Made by a program: the position numbers and the translations under genes. Positions 1 through 10,130 of a DNA stretch of 64,000 nucleotides are shown here, piece by piece (within the stretch, counting starts at the first letter, position 1; the number at the start of each line of letters is the position of its first letter). The notes under the pieces were generated by a model. It worked only from the letters and a program-made list of their open reading frames with translations, was not told the DNA's origin and searched no databases. The stretch is from Chloroflexota bacterium (GTDB lineage: Bacteria > Chloroflexota > Anaerolineae > Anaerolineales > VGOW01): positions 14,506-78,505 of the forward strand of contig VGOW01000005.1 in assembly GCA_016875735.1 (NCBI GenBank). Direction: 5' to 3'.

Positions 1-1
1 C

Positions 2-106
2 CTCCTTTCAATTTCACCCCCGATCATCATCGATCGGGATCGCAACGCGCTCGTCGGCTGGGTCACGTTCATCGCCATGACTCTGTTGATCGCTTTTGTG
101 TTTTGA
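2..106 (+). CDS. 3' end of probable ECF transporter T component (CbiQ/EcfT), partial
   Basis: Open frame from window edge ends in a hydrophobic helix (ALVGWVTFIAMTLLIAFVF*), 1 nt before a CbiO-type ATPase. Confidence 0.5.
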   Translation, partial: LLSISPPIIIDRDRNALVGWVTFIAMTLLIAFVF

Positions 107-107
107 G

Positions 108-821
108 ATGCATCACACGATTGAAGTTAACGACTTGCGATTCAAATATCCCGACGGGCACGAAGCCCTGCGCGGCGTGACGTTGAGTATTGCCCCCGGC
201 GAAAAGGTGGCGCTGGTGGGGCCGAACGGCGCGGGCAAATCAACGCTGATGCTGCATCTCAACGGGATTCTGGAAACACAGCATGGCGAGGTGTGCTCGT
301 GCGGGCAGCTGGTGAAACAAGAGACGCTGGGGAAGGTGCGCGCGGCGGTAGGGCTGGTGTTTCAAGACCCGGACGATCAACTGTTCTCGCCCACCGTGTT
401 CGACGACGTGGCCTTCGGCCCACTGCACATGGGCATGCCCGAAAGCGATGTGCGGCAGAGGGTTCGTGAAGCGTTGGCCGCAGTGGATATGGCTGAAGCC
501 ATTGACCGGGTGTCGCACCACTTGAGCATGGGGCAGAAGAAACGCATCGCCATTGCCACCGTGCTTTCGATGTCGCCCGAAATCCTCGTGCTCGACGAGC
601 CATCGGCCGGCCTCGACCCCCGCGCCCGGCGCGGGCTGATCAACCTCCTCCGCCGTCTGCCGCAGACGATGCTCGTCTCCACGCACGACATGCGCATGGT
701 AGCCGAACTCTTCCCCCGCACAGTGATCATGGATTTGGGCCGGGTGGTGGCCGACGGCCCCACGCCCCAGATTCTGGCGGACACCGCTTTGCTCGAGGCG
801 CACGGCCTCGAAGCCCCTTGA
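108..821 (+). CDS. cbiO: ECF (cobalt/nickel-type) transporter ATP-binding subunit
   Basis: Walker A GPNGAGKS, FQDPDDQLF motif, LSMGQKKR signature, LDEP Walker B. Confidence 0.85.
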   Translation: MHHTIEVNDLRFKYPDGHEALRGVTLSIAPGEKVALVGPNGAGKSTLMLHLNGILETQHGEVCSCGQLVKQETLGKVRAAVGLVFQDPDDQLFSPTVFDDVAFGPLHMGMPESDVRQRVREALAAVDMAEAIDRVSHHLSMGQKKRIAIATVLSMSPEILVLDEPSAGLDPRARRGLINLLRRLPQTMLVSTHDMRMVAELFPRTVIMDLGRVVADGPTPQILADTALLEAHGLEAP

Positions 822-1047
822 CCCTTCTCCGCAACCTTTCCTCGCTTGGGGCGTATCTCTACAGAGATTTCTAATCTAACGTGATTCGAGATAAATGGTT
901 TTCACCGCCGAGCACGCAGAGAACATTGACGCCAATATAGAGGAGCATTTCTCGGCCATATGACGGCGGAACTGTCAATTGGCACATGATTACGAAAACG
1001 CTTTAGGGATATAATTCGGCTGTTTGATAGCATGAGGCAATATCGCA

Positions 1048-1758
1048 ATGAGTGAAGTTTCTCAAAACCACTATCTGGTGGACGTTCACAACGTCATCAA
1101 GAATTTTCAGGGCCCGGCGGGCACCATTCACGTGCTCAAAAGCGTCAACCTGAAGGTGCACGGAGGAGAGTTCGTGGGCGTGCGCGGGCCAAGCGGCTCC
1201 GGCAAATCTACCCTCATCAACATGATCACCGGCATCGACCGCCCCACCAGCGGCGCGGTGCGCGTGGCCGGAGAGCACATTGAGAAGATGAGCGAGAACC
1301 AACTCGCGCGCTTTCGCGGCAAGCACATCGGCGTGATCTTTCAATTCTTTCAACTTCTGCCCACCCTCACCGTGTTGGAAAACGTGATCCTCCCGATGGA
1401 CTTTTGCCGGGTGTGGAAGCCGAAGGAACGCCCGGAACGGGCGATGATGCTGTTGGATCAGGTGGGGCTGGCCGATCAGGCGCACAAACTGCCCAATACT
1501 CTCTCCGGCGGGCAGCAGCAGCGCGCGGCCATTGCTCGCGCGCTGGCCAACGACCCGCCCCTGCTCATGGCCGACGAACCCACAGGCAACCTCGACAGCA
1601 AGACCGCCGACAAAGTATTCACGCTGTTCGAAGATTTGATCAAGCAGGGCAAGACGTTCATCATGGTCACTCACGATGTTGAGCTGGCCAAGCGCATCCC
1701 GCGTGTCATCGAGGTGTACGATGGCATTCTTTACGAAGGCGGGGAAGTGTTGCAGTAG
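1048..1758 (+). CDS. ABC transporter ATP-binding protein, LolD/MacB-like
   Basis: [26 protein letters not shown]. Confidence 0.92.
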   Translation: MSEVSQNHYLVDVHNVIKNFQGPAGTIHVLKSVNLKVHGGEFVGVRGPSGSGKSTLINMITGIDRPTSGAVRVAGEHIEKMSENQLARFRGKHIGVIFQFFQLLPTLTVLENVILPMDFCRVWKPKERPERAMMLLDQVGLADQAHKLPNTLSGGQQQRAAIARALANDPPLLMADEPTGNLDSKTADKVFTLFEDLIKQGKTFIMVTHDVELAKRIPRVIEVYDGILYEGGEVLQ

Positions 1759-4148
1759 TGGGTGTCGCATTCCGCAAGGTGTGGCGCGATCTGTGGAAGA
1801 ACAAAGGCCGCACTGTCCTCGTGGTGTTGAGTATCGGAGTCGGCGTGTTGGCGGTGGGCATGATCATCGCCAGCAATGCCCTGATCTCCCGGCAGATGAC
1901 TCTATCGCAAAAGGCGAGCCGCCCGTCGAACGTGATCATGTATTTGGCCGGGTTGATCGACGATGACACGGTGGCCTCGATTGCCCGCCTGCCCGAAGTG
2001 GTGGACGCGCAGGGAGTCGTGAGCTACGACATTCGCTGGAAGCCGACTCTCGACGCCGAATGGAAACAATCTACCCTGATCGCCCTCGACGATTACACGC
2101 ACCAGCAGTTCGACCTCGTCGAACTTCGGTCGGGCGCATGGCCCGGCTCCGACTCGGTGGCGATTGAATTCAATCACGTGACTCCGTACAACGCGCCCGC
2201 CGTCGGCGGCACGATCTATTTCGAAGTCAACAACCGGCCCAAAGCCGTCACCCTGGGCGGCACGGTGCGCGACCCTCAACAGTTCCCTCCGCCCTTCGCC
2301 CAGCAACCGGCGTTCTATGCTACACGCGATATGATGGTGTTGCTCGGTGGTTACCGTGACTACTCGCAGTTGAAATTCACCATCCCCGAATACACCAAAC
2401 AGAACGCCGACACCGCCGCGGATGTGGTCGAGAAGCGGCTGAACAAATTAGGCGTCTCGGTGGGCTTCATCCAAACGCAAGACCCCAACCGCCATTTCCT
2501 GCAAGACATGATGGACGGCGTGGGGATGGTGCTGGGCGTGATGGCCTTTCTCTCGCTGTTGCTCAGCGCCATCCTCGTCATCAATACGATGAACGCGCTC
2601 GTCGCCCAGCAGATCCCGCAGATCGGCATCATGAAAACGGTGGGCGGCCTCTCGCGGCAGATTGCCCAACTCTACCTCGCCGGGGTGAGCGTGTATTGCT
2701 TTCTCAGCCTTGCTCTTGCCGTGCCGGTGGGGGCGCTCGGCGGCGATGCGCTGGCTCGTTGGATGCTGGCATTGCTGAATGTGCCCACATCCCCTTTCGA
2801 GGTTTTGCAGATTGCGCTCATCGCCCAAATCGCCACCGGCCTGCTCATCCCTCTGCTGGCCGCGCTGTGGCCGGTGATGCAGGGCGTTGCCGTTTCGGTG
2901 CGGCAGGCCATCAGCGCCTATGGCGTGGGCACGGGGCGTTATGGAGGCGGGCGCATCGACAGGATACTGAGCCAGGTTCAGGGTTTGCCCCGCATGACCG
3001 CGCTCGCTCTGCGCAACACCTTCCGCCGCATTGGCCGTGTGGCTCTCACCGAGATCACATTGATTGTGGCTGGAGCGATCTTCATGATGGTGGTCAGCAC
3101 TCACTACTCGTTCAACAAAACCATCGAGCAGTTGTTTGCCGGGTTCGGTTTTGATGTCCTCGTGGGATTCGAACAGCCTCAGCGGGTGGATGAAGTGGCG
3201 CCGCTGATGGAATCACGACCGGGCGTGGAACATGCCGAGATGTGGATGTGGCGCACTGCCAAAGCCAAAGTTCCGGGCGCCGAAGGCCCCGGCGCCGATC
3301 ACGAAATTTTCCTCCGCGCCATCCCGCGAGACTCCGAACTCTTCAGCCCCGAACTTACCGGGGGCCGCAACTTGGTCGCCAACGATGGACATGCACTGCT
3401 GTTGAATCAGAAATTGGCTCGCAAGATGGGACTCGGCGTGGGCGATCGGATCGAGATCGATCTCGGCGATGCAGGCGAGACGGACTGGACGATTGTCGGC
3501 CTCATCTTCGATCTGGGAGGCCGAGATCAGAACACGGCCTATCTTCACCGGGACACATTGGCCGAAGAGTTGAATCAGGTGGGGCGGGCCTCGGTGGCCG
3601 AGATCAAAGTGTCGGTGCCCACTCTTGCCGCGCAGGAAGCCGTTGAAAAAGACATGCGCGACTATTTCAAGTCGCGGGGAGTCACCGTGAGCTGGACGGA
3701 CACGGCGATCCGAAACACGGAACAGGCCAACGCCCAATTCAGCATTCTCACCACGCTGTTGTTGGTGATGACCTTTTTGATCGCCATCGTTGGCAGCATG
3801 GGACTCTCCGGCACGCTCTCTATCAATGTGTTGGAGCGCCGCCGCGAAATTGGCGTGATGCGGGCGGTGGGCGCTTCATCATTTGACGTGGCGATGATCT
3901 TCATGGGTGAAGGCCTACTGTTGGGCGTGCTTAGCTGGGTGCAAGCCCTGCCCATCAGTTTGTTGGCCAGCCGTTACTTTGTCGAGACGCTCGGCGAAGT
4001 CATCGACTTCCCGGCGGTCTATCACTACTCGACGACGGGCGTGTGGGTGTGGCTGGCAATTGTGGTGGCGCTGTCGCTGTTAGCCAGTTGGTTGCCCGCG
4101 CGCCGCGCCACTCAGATCAGCGTGCGCGAGAGTCTGGCATACGAATAA
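1758..4148 (+). CDS. MacB/FtsX-family ABC permease with two repeats
   Basis: Two FtsX-like halves (QIGIMKTVG; ERRREIGVMRAVGA; PARRATQISVRESLAYE), coupled to the ATPase. Confidence 0.9.
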   Translation: MGVAFRKVWRDLWKNKGRTVLVVLSIGVGVLAVGMIIASNALISRQMTLSQKASRPSNVIMYLAGLIDDDTVASIARLPEVVDAQGVVSYDIRWKPTLDAEWKQSTLIALDDYTHQQFDLVELRSGAWPGSDSVAIEFNHVTPYNAPAVGGTIYFEVNNRPKAVTLGGTVRDPQQFPPPFAQQPAFYATRDMMVLLGGYRDYSQLKFTIPEYTKQNADTAADVVEKRLNKLGVSVGFIQTQDPNRHFLQDMMDGVGMVLGVMAFLSLLLSAILVINTMNALVAQQIPQIGIMKTVGGLSRQIAQLYLAGVSVYCFLSLALAVPVGALGGDALARWMLALLNVPTSPFEVLQIALIAQIATGLLIPLLAALWPVMQGVAVSVRQAISAYGVGTGRYGGGRIDRILSQVQGLPRMTALALRNTFRRIGRVALTEITLIVAGAIFMMVVSTHYSFNKTIEQLFAGFGFDVLVGFEQPQRVDEVAPLMESRPGVEHAEMWMWRTAKAKVPGAEGPGADHEIFLRAIPRDSELFSPELTGGRNLVANDGHALLLNQKLARKMGLGVGDRIEIDLGDAGETDWTIVGLIFDLGGRDQNTAYLHRDTLAEELNQVGRASVAEIKVSVPTLAAQEAVEKDMRDYFKSRGVTVSWTDTAIRNTEQANAQFSILTTLLLVMTFLIAIVGSMGLSGTLSINVLERRREIGVMRAVGASSFDVAMIFMGEGLLLGVLSWVQALPISLLASRYFVETLGEVIDFPAVYHYSTTGVWVWLAIVVALSLLASWLPARRATQISVRESLAYE

Positions 4149-4216
4149 CACTTCGCGCCTTTGCAAAGTTGATGATGGTTGTCCTTTGGGGCGTTTCAAT
4201 ATCTAGGGAGCATAAA

Positions 4217-5575
4217 ATGAAAATCAGCAAACTGTTGTTTATCGTTGTTGTTGGCAGTATGGTGATTGCTGCCTGTGGCGGCGGCGCGACGCCCACCGCC
4301 GATACATCCAACGTGCCGGTGGTGGCCGACGATTTCTCGGTGGTGGCCGAAGGCCGGTTGCTTCCGGTTGAGTATGCCAACATATCATTTGCTGCCAGCG
4401 GCAAGGTGGCCGAGATTTTGGTAGCCGAAGGCGATGCGGTGACGGCGGATCAAGTCATTGCCCGGCTTGAGAACAGTGAGCAGCTGCAGGCCGAAGTCGC
4501 CCGCGCCGAAGCGGAACAGCTGAACGCCCAGCAAGCCATTGACGACCTCAATGACAATGCTGATCTGTTGCGAGCGCAGGCGCAGTCGGATGTCGCCAAT
4601 GCCCGCGATCAACTGGACGATGCGCAACGGCGCTTGCGGAATCTCAACTTTCCGGATTTGGAATGGTATCAGGATCGGGTGGACGACGCCCGCAATGCAT
4701 TGACCACGGCCCAAGAAAATGTCGTTGTGACCGACATTGGCTCGTTGGATGCGTCATTGCAGGCGGCGCGCGATGCGCTGAAGACGGCGGATGAGCGGCT
4801 GGGCAAGATCAAAGTTGCCATCGCCGGGTGCCCGGAGTGCGACCCGAAACGATCGGTGACGATTGACGGCTTTCCCCAGACATTGGACGATGCCCAAGAC
4901 TCGTACAACGATATTGCCAACACCGTCCGTGAACTTGAGATCAAAGTGGCGCAGGCCGAGCGCGGCAACACCACCGCCATTCGCGATGCGGAGGATGATC
5001 TGCAAGATGCGCTCGATGATTTGGACTCGGCTCAAGCCGAGCCGAAGCCCATTGATGTGGCGATTGCCGAAGCCAATGTGGCGCTGGCCGAAGCCAAGTT
5101 GAACGACGCCGAGAAGCGGCTGGCCGATCTGCAAAACGGCCCCGACCCCGATGCTCTGGCGGCCGCCGAAGCGCGATTGGCCTCGGCCGAGGCCGCGCTG
5201 GCGGCAGCCAAAGATGCGCTGGCGAACAGCGAACTGAAAGCGCCGATTGCCGGTGTGGTGTCCGATCTCAAGATCAAAGTTGGCGAGCAGATCGCGGCAG
5301 GGCAGGTGGCGTTGGTGCTGGCTGATTTCTCCAGCTGGATCGTGGAGACCGACAATCTCACCGAAATCGAAGTGGTGAAAGTTTCCGAAGGGCAGAACGT
5401 TTCGGTGGTGTTGGATGCTTTGCCGGATGTGACTCTGAAGGGCGCGGTGAAAATGATCAGCCCCGTGTTCGAGGAGAAACGCGGCGACATCACTTACACG
5501 GTGACGATTTCCCTTTTGGACACCGACCCCAAGATGCGTTGGGGCATGACGGCGGTGACGACGTTCGAGAAATAG
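4217..5575 (+). CDS. HlyD/membrane-fusion adaptor lipoprotein
   Basis: RBS GGGAG, lipobox VIAAC, lipoyl halves (SGKVAEILVAEGD; LKAPIAGVV), long coiled coil, MRWGMTA end. Confidence 0.88.
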   Translation: MKISKLLFIVVVGSMVIAACGGGATPTADTSNVPVVADDFSVVAEGRLLPVEYANISFAASGKVAEILVAEGDAVTADQVIARLENSEQLQAEVARAEAEQLNAQQAIDDLNDNADLLRAQAQSDVANARDQLDDAQRRLRNLNFPDLEWYQDRVDDARNALTTAQENVVVTDIGSLDASLQAARDALKTADERLGKIKVAIAGCPECDPKRSVTIDGFPQTLDDAQDSYNDIANTVRELEIKVAQAERGNTTAIRDAEDDLQDALDDLDSAQAEPKPIDVAIAEANVALAEAKLNDAEKRLADLQNGPDPDALAAAEARLASAEAALAAAKDALANSELKAPIAGVVSDLKIKVGEQIAAGQVALVLADFSSWIVETDNLTEIEVVKVSEGQNVSVVLDALPDVTLKGAVKMISPVFEEKRGDITYTVTISLLDTDPKMRWGMTAVTTFEK

Positions 5576-5596
5576 AGTCGTTCGATCTCAACTTCT

Positions 5597-5623
5597 GAAA
5601 GCCCTGCCCCCGCAGGGCTTTTC
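5597..5623 (+). terminator. Probable intrinsic terminator after the ABC exporter operon
   Basis: GAAAGCCCTGC-CCC-GCAGGGCTTTTC hairpin. Confidence 0.6.
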
Positions 5624-5639
5624 CGTTTGAGGAGGCGCG

Positions 5640-6302
5640 ATGGCAACCACGTATGATTTTGTCAGGTTGGCTGAGCGGGAAGATGTGCGAGGGCGGCCCT
5701 TCGCCGATGCCAGCCACAGCGCTGATGACTTGCGAGCGTTGCAAAGCATAGCGGCGCGGCTGGCCGACATGCTGAGTGGATCTGATCCGCAGCCCCTGCA
5801 TGTGGAAACTCATGACCCCAACGGACGCTGTTTGCGCGTCATCGTGTCCCGGCCCGAAATGCTGGCGACGGATCGCGATTTGGTGTTCGTCGGCTTCTTC
5901 GGCCAGCGACGGGCCAACGCCGATCCGGCGCCCATTGACGAGGTGGATCGAACATTGGTTGCCGAGTTCGCGGCGTATCCCGAAATATTGAGTTACTGCT
6001 CCCTCGAATTGGAGAATGGAAACTACGGCAATCTCGTGTTGCTGGCGCACGATGGTGCGCGCGAACATTGGCGAGAAAGCGCGCGCCATCAATATGCAGT
6101 GGCCGAACTGGCTCCCTCGTATTACGCTTCGGTGCGTTTGCACAGCGGCGCGGTTGTGGGCAGATTGCGCGGGCGCAATTTCAGATTCCGGCGCACGAAG
6201 TATTTCGACTATCAAAACGGATTCTGGTGCGCCCTCCGCGAGCCTGCGCTCTTACTCCCTCTCCGCCACAACCTGCCCGCGTTTGATCACGGTCTTCACT
6301 AG
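5640..6302 (+). CDS. Hypothetical protein, possible dimeric alpha-beta barrel C-terminal domain
   Basis: GGAGG RBS, 220 aa with typical codon use; no family recognised with certainty. Confidence 0.65.
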   Translation: MATTYDFVRLAEREDVRGRPFADASHSADDLRALQSIAARLADMLSGSDPQPLHVETHDPNGRCLRVIVSRPEMLATDRDLVFVGFFGQRRANADPAPIDEVDRTLVAEFAAYPEILSYCSLELENGNYGNLVLLAHDGAREHWRESARHQYAVAELAPSYYASVRLHSGAVVGRLRGRNFRFRRTKYFDYQNGFWCALREPALLLPLRHNLPAFDHGLH

Positions 6303-7511
6303 ATTTGTTCCGAAGCGATAGCCGATGTGCCGGTAGTCGGGCGCATCTATGATCAACACATCGGCCTGCTTGCCGACTTCGAGACTCCCGACTCGGTCGG
6401 CCAGCCCAATCGCAAAGGCGGCATTGACGGTCGCCGCCGCCAGAGCCTGCGCGGGCGTGAGTTTGAGATAGCGGCAGGCCAGCGCGACGACAAACTGCAT
6501 CGATTCGCACCAGCCCGTGCCGGGGTTGCAGTCGGTGGCGATGGCGAGGATCGCGCCCGCATCGAGAAACTTCTTTGCCGGTGTGTATTCCTTTTGCGCC
6601 AGCCCGAACGGTGTGGGCGGCAGGGACACCGCCACTGTGTTGCTCTTGCCCAGCGCGGCAATGTCTTCATCCGGCGTGAACACAACGTGATCCGCCGACG
6701 CCGCGCCGAGTTCGACTCCCATCCTCGTGCCGCCCAGCCCCACGAATTCATCGGCGTGAATCTTGACTCCGAATCCCAACACCCGCGCCCGTTCCAGAAT
6801 CCGCCGCGATTGCTCAACCGTGAACGCGCCTTCCTCGCAGAACACATCGGCATACGCAGTATTGCTGATTGCTGATTGCTGATTGCTGACCGCTGGCAAC
6901 ATTTCGTTCACGACGAGATCAACGTACGCCTCCTCGCGGTCTTTGTATTCTTCGGGCACGGCGTGCGCTCCGAGAAAGGTGGGCACGATGTCCCACGGGC
7001 CTTCGGCCTGCAATCGGGCAATGGCTTCCCATAGCCGGAGTTCGGCGGCGGTGTCCAGCCCGTATCCGGTTTTGATTTCCACCGTCGTCGCCCCGTGCGC
7101 CAACATTCGCCGCAAGCGCGGGCGAGTTTCCTCCGCGAGTTGATCGACGCTGGCGGCGCGAGTCTTGCGCACGGTGGACATGATGCCGCCGCCGGCGTTC
7201 ATGATTTGCATGTACGTCGCTCCGGCGAGGCGCATCTCGAACTCGTTGGCGCGATCTCCGACCCACACCAAATGCGTGTGCGGATCGACGAAGCCGGGCA
7301 TGACGACAGAGCGAGAAGCGTCGAGGGTGGAGCGTGGAGTGAACTGAGCCCGCAAATCGGAAGTTGGGCCGACGGCGACGATCTTGCCATCGAGTATCGC
7401 CACTGCGCCATCTTCGACGAGGCCGAGTTCGCCGAGGGCGCCGCCCCGTTGGGGGCCGTTGGGGATGGTGAGGAGTTGCGCGGCGGAGTGGATGAGGAGA
7501 TCGATGATCAT
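6252..7511 (-). CDS. hutI: Imidazolonepropionase
   Basis: PGFVDPHTH, EIKTGYGL, TFLGAHAVP, DVFCE, HADE, ATDCNPG motifs; next to hutU. Confidence 0.96.
   Translation of the reverse strand: MIIDLLIHSAAQLLTIPNGPQRGGALGELGLVEDGAVAILDGKIVAVGPTSDLRAQFTPRSTLDASRSVVMPGFVDPHTHLVWVGDRANEFEMRLAGATYMQIMNAGGGIMSTVRKTRAASVDQLAEETRPRLRRMLAHGATTVEIKTGYGLDTAAELRLWEAIARLQAEGPWDIVPTFLGAHAVPEEYKDREEAYVDLVVNEMLPAVSNQQSAISNTAYADVFCEEGAFTVEQSRRILERARVLGFGVKIHADEFVGLGGTRMGVELGAASADHVVFTPDEDIAALGKSNTVAVSLPPTPFGLAQKEYTPAKKFLDAGAILAIATDCNPGTGWCESMQFVVALACRYLKLTPAQALAAATVNAAFAIGLADRVGSLEVGKQADVLIIDAPDYRHIGYRFGTNLVKTVIKRGQVVAERE
6861..6895. repeat. Heptamer tandem repeat (ATTGCTG)x4 plus a degenerate copy, inside hutI
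   Basis: Directly visible; encodes AVSNQQSAISN. Confidence 0.9.
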
Positions 7512-7512
7512 T

Positions 7513-7591
7513 TTCACCACAAAGGCGCGAAGACACAAAGCGCCACAAAGAAACGGTGTGTTCCTTCGAGCCTTTGAGTCTTCGTGGTGAA
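7513..7591. repeat. Intergenic imperfect palindrome of the periodic CAC(A/G)(A/G)AG family
   Basis: TTCACCACAAAGGCGCGAAG...CTTCGAGCCTTTGAGTCTTCGTGGTGAA. Confidence 0.8.
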
Positions 7592-7595
7592 TCTT

Positions 7596-9248
7596 CTACT
7601 TTAGCATCGGAATCTTGATGCCGTGCCGCTTCGCCGCGGCGATGGCTTCGGGGTAACCGGCGTCGGCGTGGCGGACGACGCCCATGCCCGGATCGGTGGT
7701 GAGCACGCGCTCGACTCGCCGCGCCGCTTCGGGCGTGCCGTCGGCCACGATCACTTGCCCGGCGTGTTGTGAATAGCCGATGCCCACGCCTCCGCCGTGA
7801 TGAAACGAAACCCAAGTCGCGCCGCCCACCGCGTTGATCAGCGCGTTGAGAATCGGCCAATCGCTCACGGCGTCGGTGCCATCCCTCATGCCTTCGGTCT
7901 CCCGATTGGGCGAGGCTACCGAGCCCGAGTCGAGATGATCGCGCCCGATCACAATCGGCGCTTTCACAATTCCCTTCGCTGCCATCTCGTTGAACTTCAG
8001 CCCGGCCTTCGCTCGCTCGCCGTAACCCAGCCAGCAAATGCGCGAGGGCAAACCCTGAAAATGAATCTTCTCTTTCGCCATCTTCAGCCAACGATGCAGA
8101 TGCGCATCGTCGGGGAAGAGTTCCATCACCGCTTCGTCGGTGCGATAGATGTCTTCGGGATCGCCGGAGAGCGCCACCCAGCGGAACGGGCCTTTGCCTT
8201 CGCAGAATAACGGGCGAATGTAGGCCGGGACGAAGCCGGGATAGTTGAAAGCATCCTTCACGCCCGCATCGAACGCGCGTTGGCGCAAGTTGTTGCCGTA
8301 GTCGAACACCTCCGCGCCGCGCTTCTGAAATTCGAGCATCGCCTCGACGTGCCGCGCCATTGAGACCATGCTTCGCCGCTCGTATTCGTTCGGGTTCTCG
8401 GTTCGCAGTATGTTCGCTTCGTCGAGCGACATGCCGTGCGGAACGTACATCATCACCTCGTGCGCCGGAGTCTGATCGGTGACCACGTCGGGCAGGATGC
8501 CGCGCAGGGCGAGTTCGGGGAACACATCGGCGGCGTTGGCGATCAGGGCAACCGACTTCGGCTCCCCGGCCGCTTTCGCCTCCTCGACCATCGTCATCGC
8601 CTCTTCGAGCGTGTCCACGACGACATCCACGTAGCCCGTCTCCAGCCGCCTCTGCGCCCGCCACGGATCGATCTCGACCACCAGCGCGACTCCGTTGTTC
8701 ATCGTCACCGCCAGCGGCTGCGCGCCGCCCATGCCGCCCAGCCCGGCAGTGAGCGCGAACTTGCCGCGCAGATCGCTCCAGCCTTTTTGCGTTGCCAGCG
8801 ATCCGAACGTTTCGTATGTGCCCTGCAAAATTCCTTGAGTGCCGATATAAATCCACGAGCCGGCCGTCATCTGCCCAAACATGATCAACCCTTTGGCCGC
8901 CAGTTCGTCGAAATGTTGTTGAGTGGCCCAGTGCGGCACAAGATTCGAATTGGCGATGAGCACGCGCGGCGCATCAGGATGCGATTTGAAGACGGCGACC
9001 GGCTTGCCCGACTGCACGAGCAGGGTTTCGTCATTCTCCAATTCTCTTAGTTCTCTCAATATAGTTTCAAAACTCTCCCAATCCCTCGCCGCCTGCCCGC
9101 GCCCGCCGTACACCACGAGGTCTTGCGGGCGTTCGGCCACGTCGGGGTCGAGGTTGTTTTGGATCATGCGATAGGCCGCTTCTTGCAGCCAGCCTTTGCA
9201 GGTGAGGGTTGCGCCGCGCGGGGCGCGGATGGTGCGAGCAGTCGTCAT
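7596..9248 (-). CDS. hutU: Urocanate hydratase
   Basis: [52 protein letters not shown]. Confidence 0.98.
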   Translation of the reverse strand: MTTARTIRAPRGATLTCKGWLQEAAYRMIQNNLDPDVAERPQDLVVYGGRGQAARDWESFETILRELRELENDETLLVQSGKPVAVFKSHPDAPRVLIANSNLVPHWATQQHFDELAAKGLIMFGQMTAGSWIYIGTQGILQGTYETFGSLATQKGWSDLRGKFALTAGLGGMGGAQPLAVTMNNGVALVVEIDPWRAQRRLETGYVDVVVDTLEEAMTMVEEAKAAGEPKSVALIANAADVFPELALRGILPDVVTDQTPAHEVMMYVPHGMSLDEANILRTENPNEYERRSMVSMARHVEAMLEFQKRGAEVFDYGNNLRQRAFDAGVKDAFNYPGFVPAYIRPLFCEGKGPFRWVALSGDPEDIYRTDEAVMELFPDDAHLHRWLKMAKEKIHFQGLPSRICWLGYGERAKAGLKFNEMAAKGIVKAPIVIGRDHLDSGSVASPNRETEGMRDGTDAVSDWPILNALINAVGGATWVSFHHGGGVGIGYSQHAGQVIVADGTPEAARRVERVLTTDPGMGVVRHADAGYPEAIAAAKRHGIKIPMLK

Positions 9249-9691
9249 TGTGCGTTTTCTCCGTTCTCCCTCTGATCCCGTTCTATCAATTCTTCTATGG
9301 CGGTGGCGAACGAAAAGAATAGGTCGGAGTCATTGGCCAATGCAGCCTGAACCTTGAGGGGGTCAATCACGAGATACCCGTGAACGAGAATATTGCGAAA
9401 TCGCACCAGGCCGACCAGCCTTTGAGCCAATGGCTCGGAGATCAGATTCTCGCGCCCGAGGATAGAGAAGATGTTTTCGGGTTTATCGGGGGTCTGCAAG
9501 CCGTAGTACGCTACGAGATAGTTGCCGATGTCAATGCAGACCTGCGCCGCCAACTGAAGAGTCCGCTCAATCGCGCGCTGGCGTTCTTTATCCCCCAAAT
9601 ACTCTTCCAGTGTGAGACTGACGTAGGGCTGAAGTTCCTCAATATACTCTTTCAGTTTTCGCAGACGCTCGACGACGCCGGTGGTATCCAT
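9245..9691 (-). CDS. hepT: HepT/DUF86 HEPN ribonuclease toxin
   Basis: RNILVHGY matches the RX4HXY HEPN motif; downstream of an MNT gene. Confidence 0.88.
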   Translation of the reverse strand: MDTTGVVERLRKLKEYIEELQPYVSLTLEEYLGDKERQRAIERTLQLAAQVCIDIGNYLVAYYGLQTPDKPENIFSILGRENLISEPLAQRLVGLVRFRNILVHGYLVIDPLKVQAALANDSDLFFSFATAIEELIERDQRENGENAQ

Positions 9692-10115
9692 AGAGTAATC
9701 CTTCTGATTTGAGCCGCCGGAGAAACTCCGACTGCTGATATTCAAAGTATGGCTGATAGTCATAATACTCGCTCCGCAGGCGCATCTCGAAACGGCACCG
9801 CGCCCCTTGGTCCCGCGCGTAGATTACGCTGCCGGTCTTGAGTATCTGGAAACCGAAGACTAAGCCGACCTCATTGATTGTGACAACATCCGCTCGCCGC
9901 CCAAACGCCGCCTCGGCCTCCCCCATCGCTTCCAGCCGAATATCCCACGCCGTATTTGAATCCACCCTCTCGGCCAACAGCAATGCCACGTCCACATCGC
10001 TGAACTTGTGCGCCTTGCCCGCCGCCACCGAGCCGAACAGATACGCAGCGACGATCTCGGTTCGGCGCTGGAGGTAGGCTATGAAGGATTGCGGGATTTC
10101 GATTGGGTGGGACAT
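9639..10115 (-). CDS. mntA: MntA minimal nucleotidyltransferase antitoxin
   Basis: AYLFGSVAAGKAHKFSDVDVA matches GSX10DXD. Confidence 0.88.
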   Translation of the reverse strand: MSHPIEIPQSFIAYLQRRTEIVAAYLFGSVAAGKAHKFSDVDVALLLAERVDSNTAWDIRLEAMGEAEAAFGRRADVVTINEVGLVFGFQILKTGSVIYARDQGARCRFEMRLRSEYYDYQPYFEYQQSEFLRRLKSEGLLYGYHRRRRASAKTERVY

Positions 10116-10130
10116 GGCGGTTATCTCACT

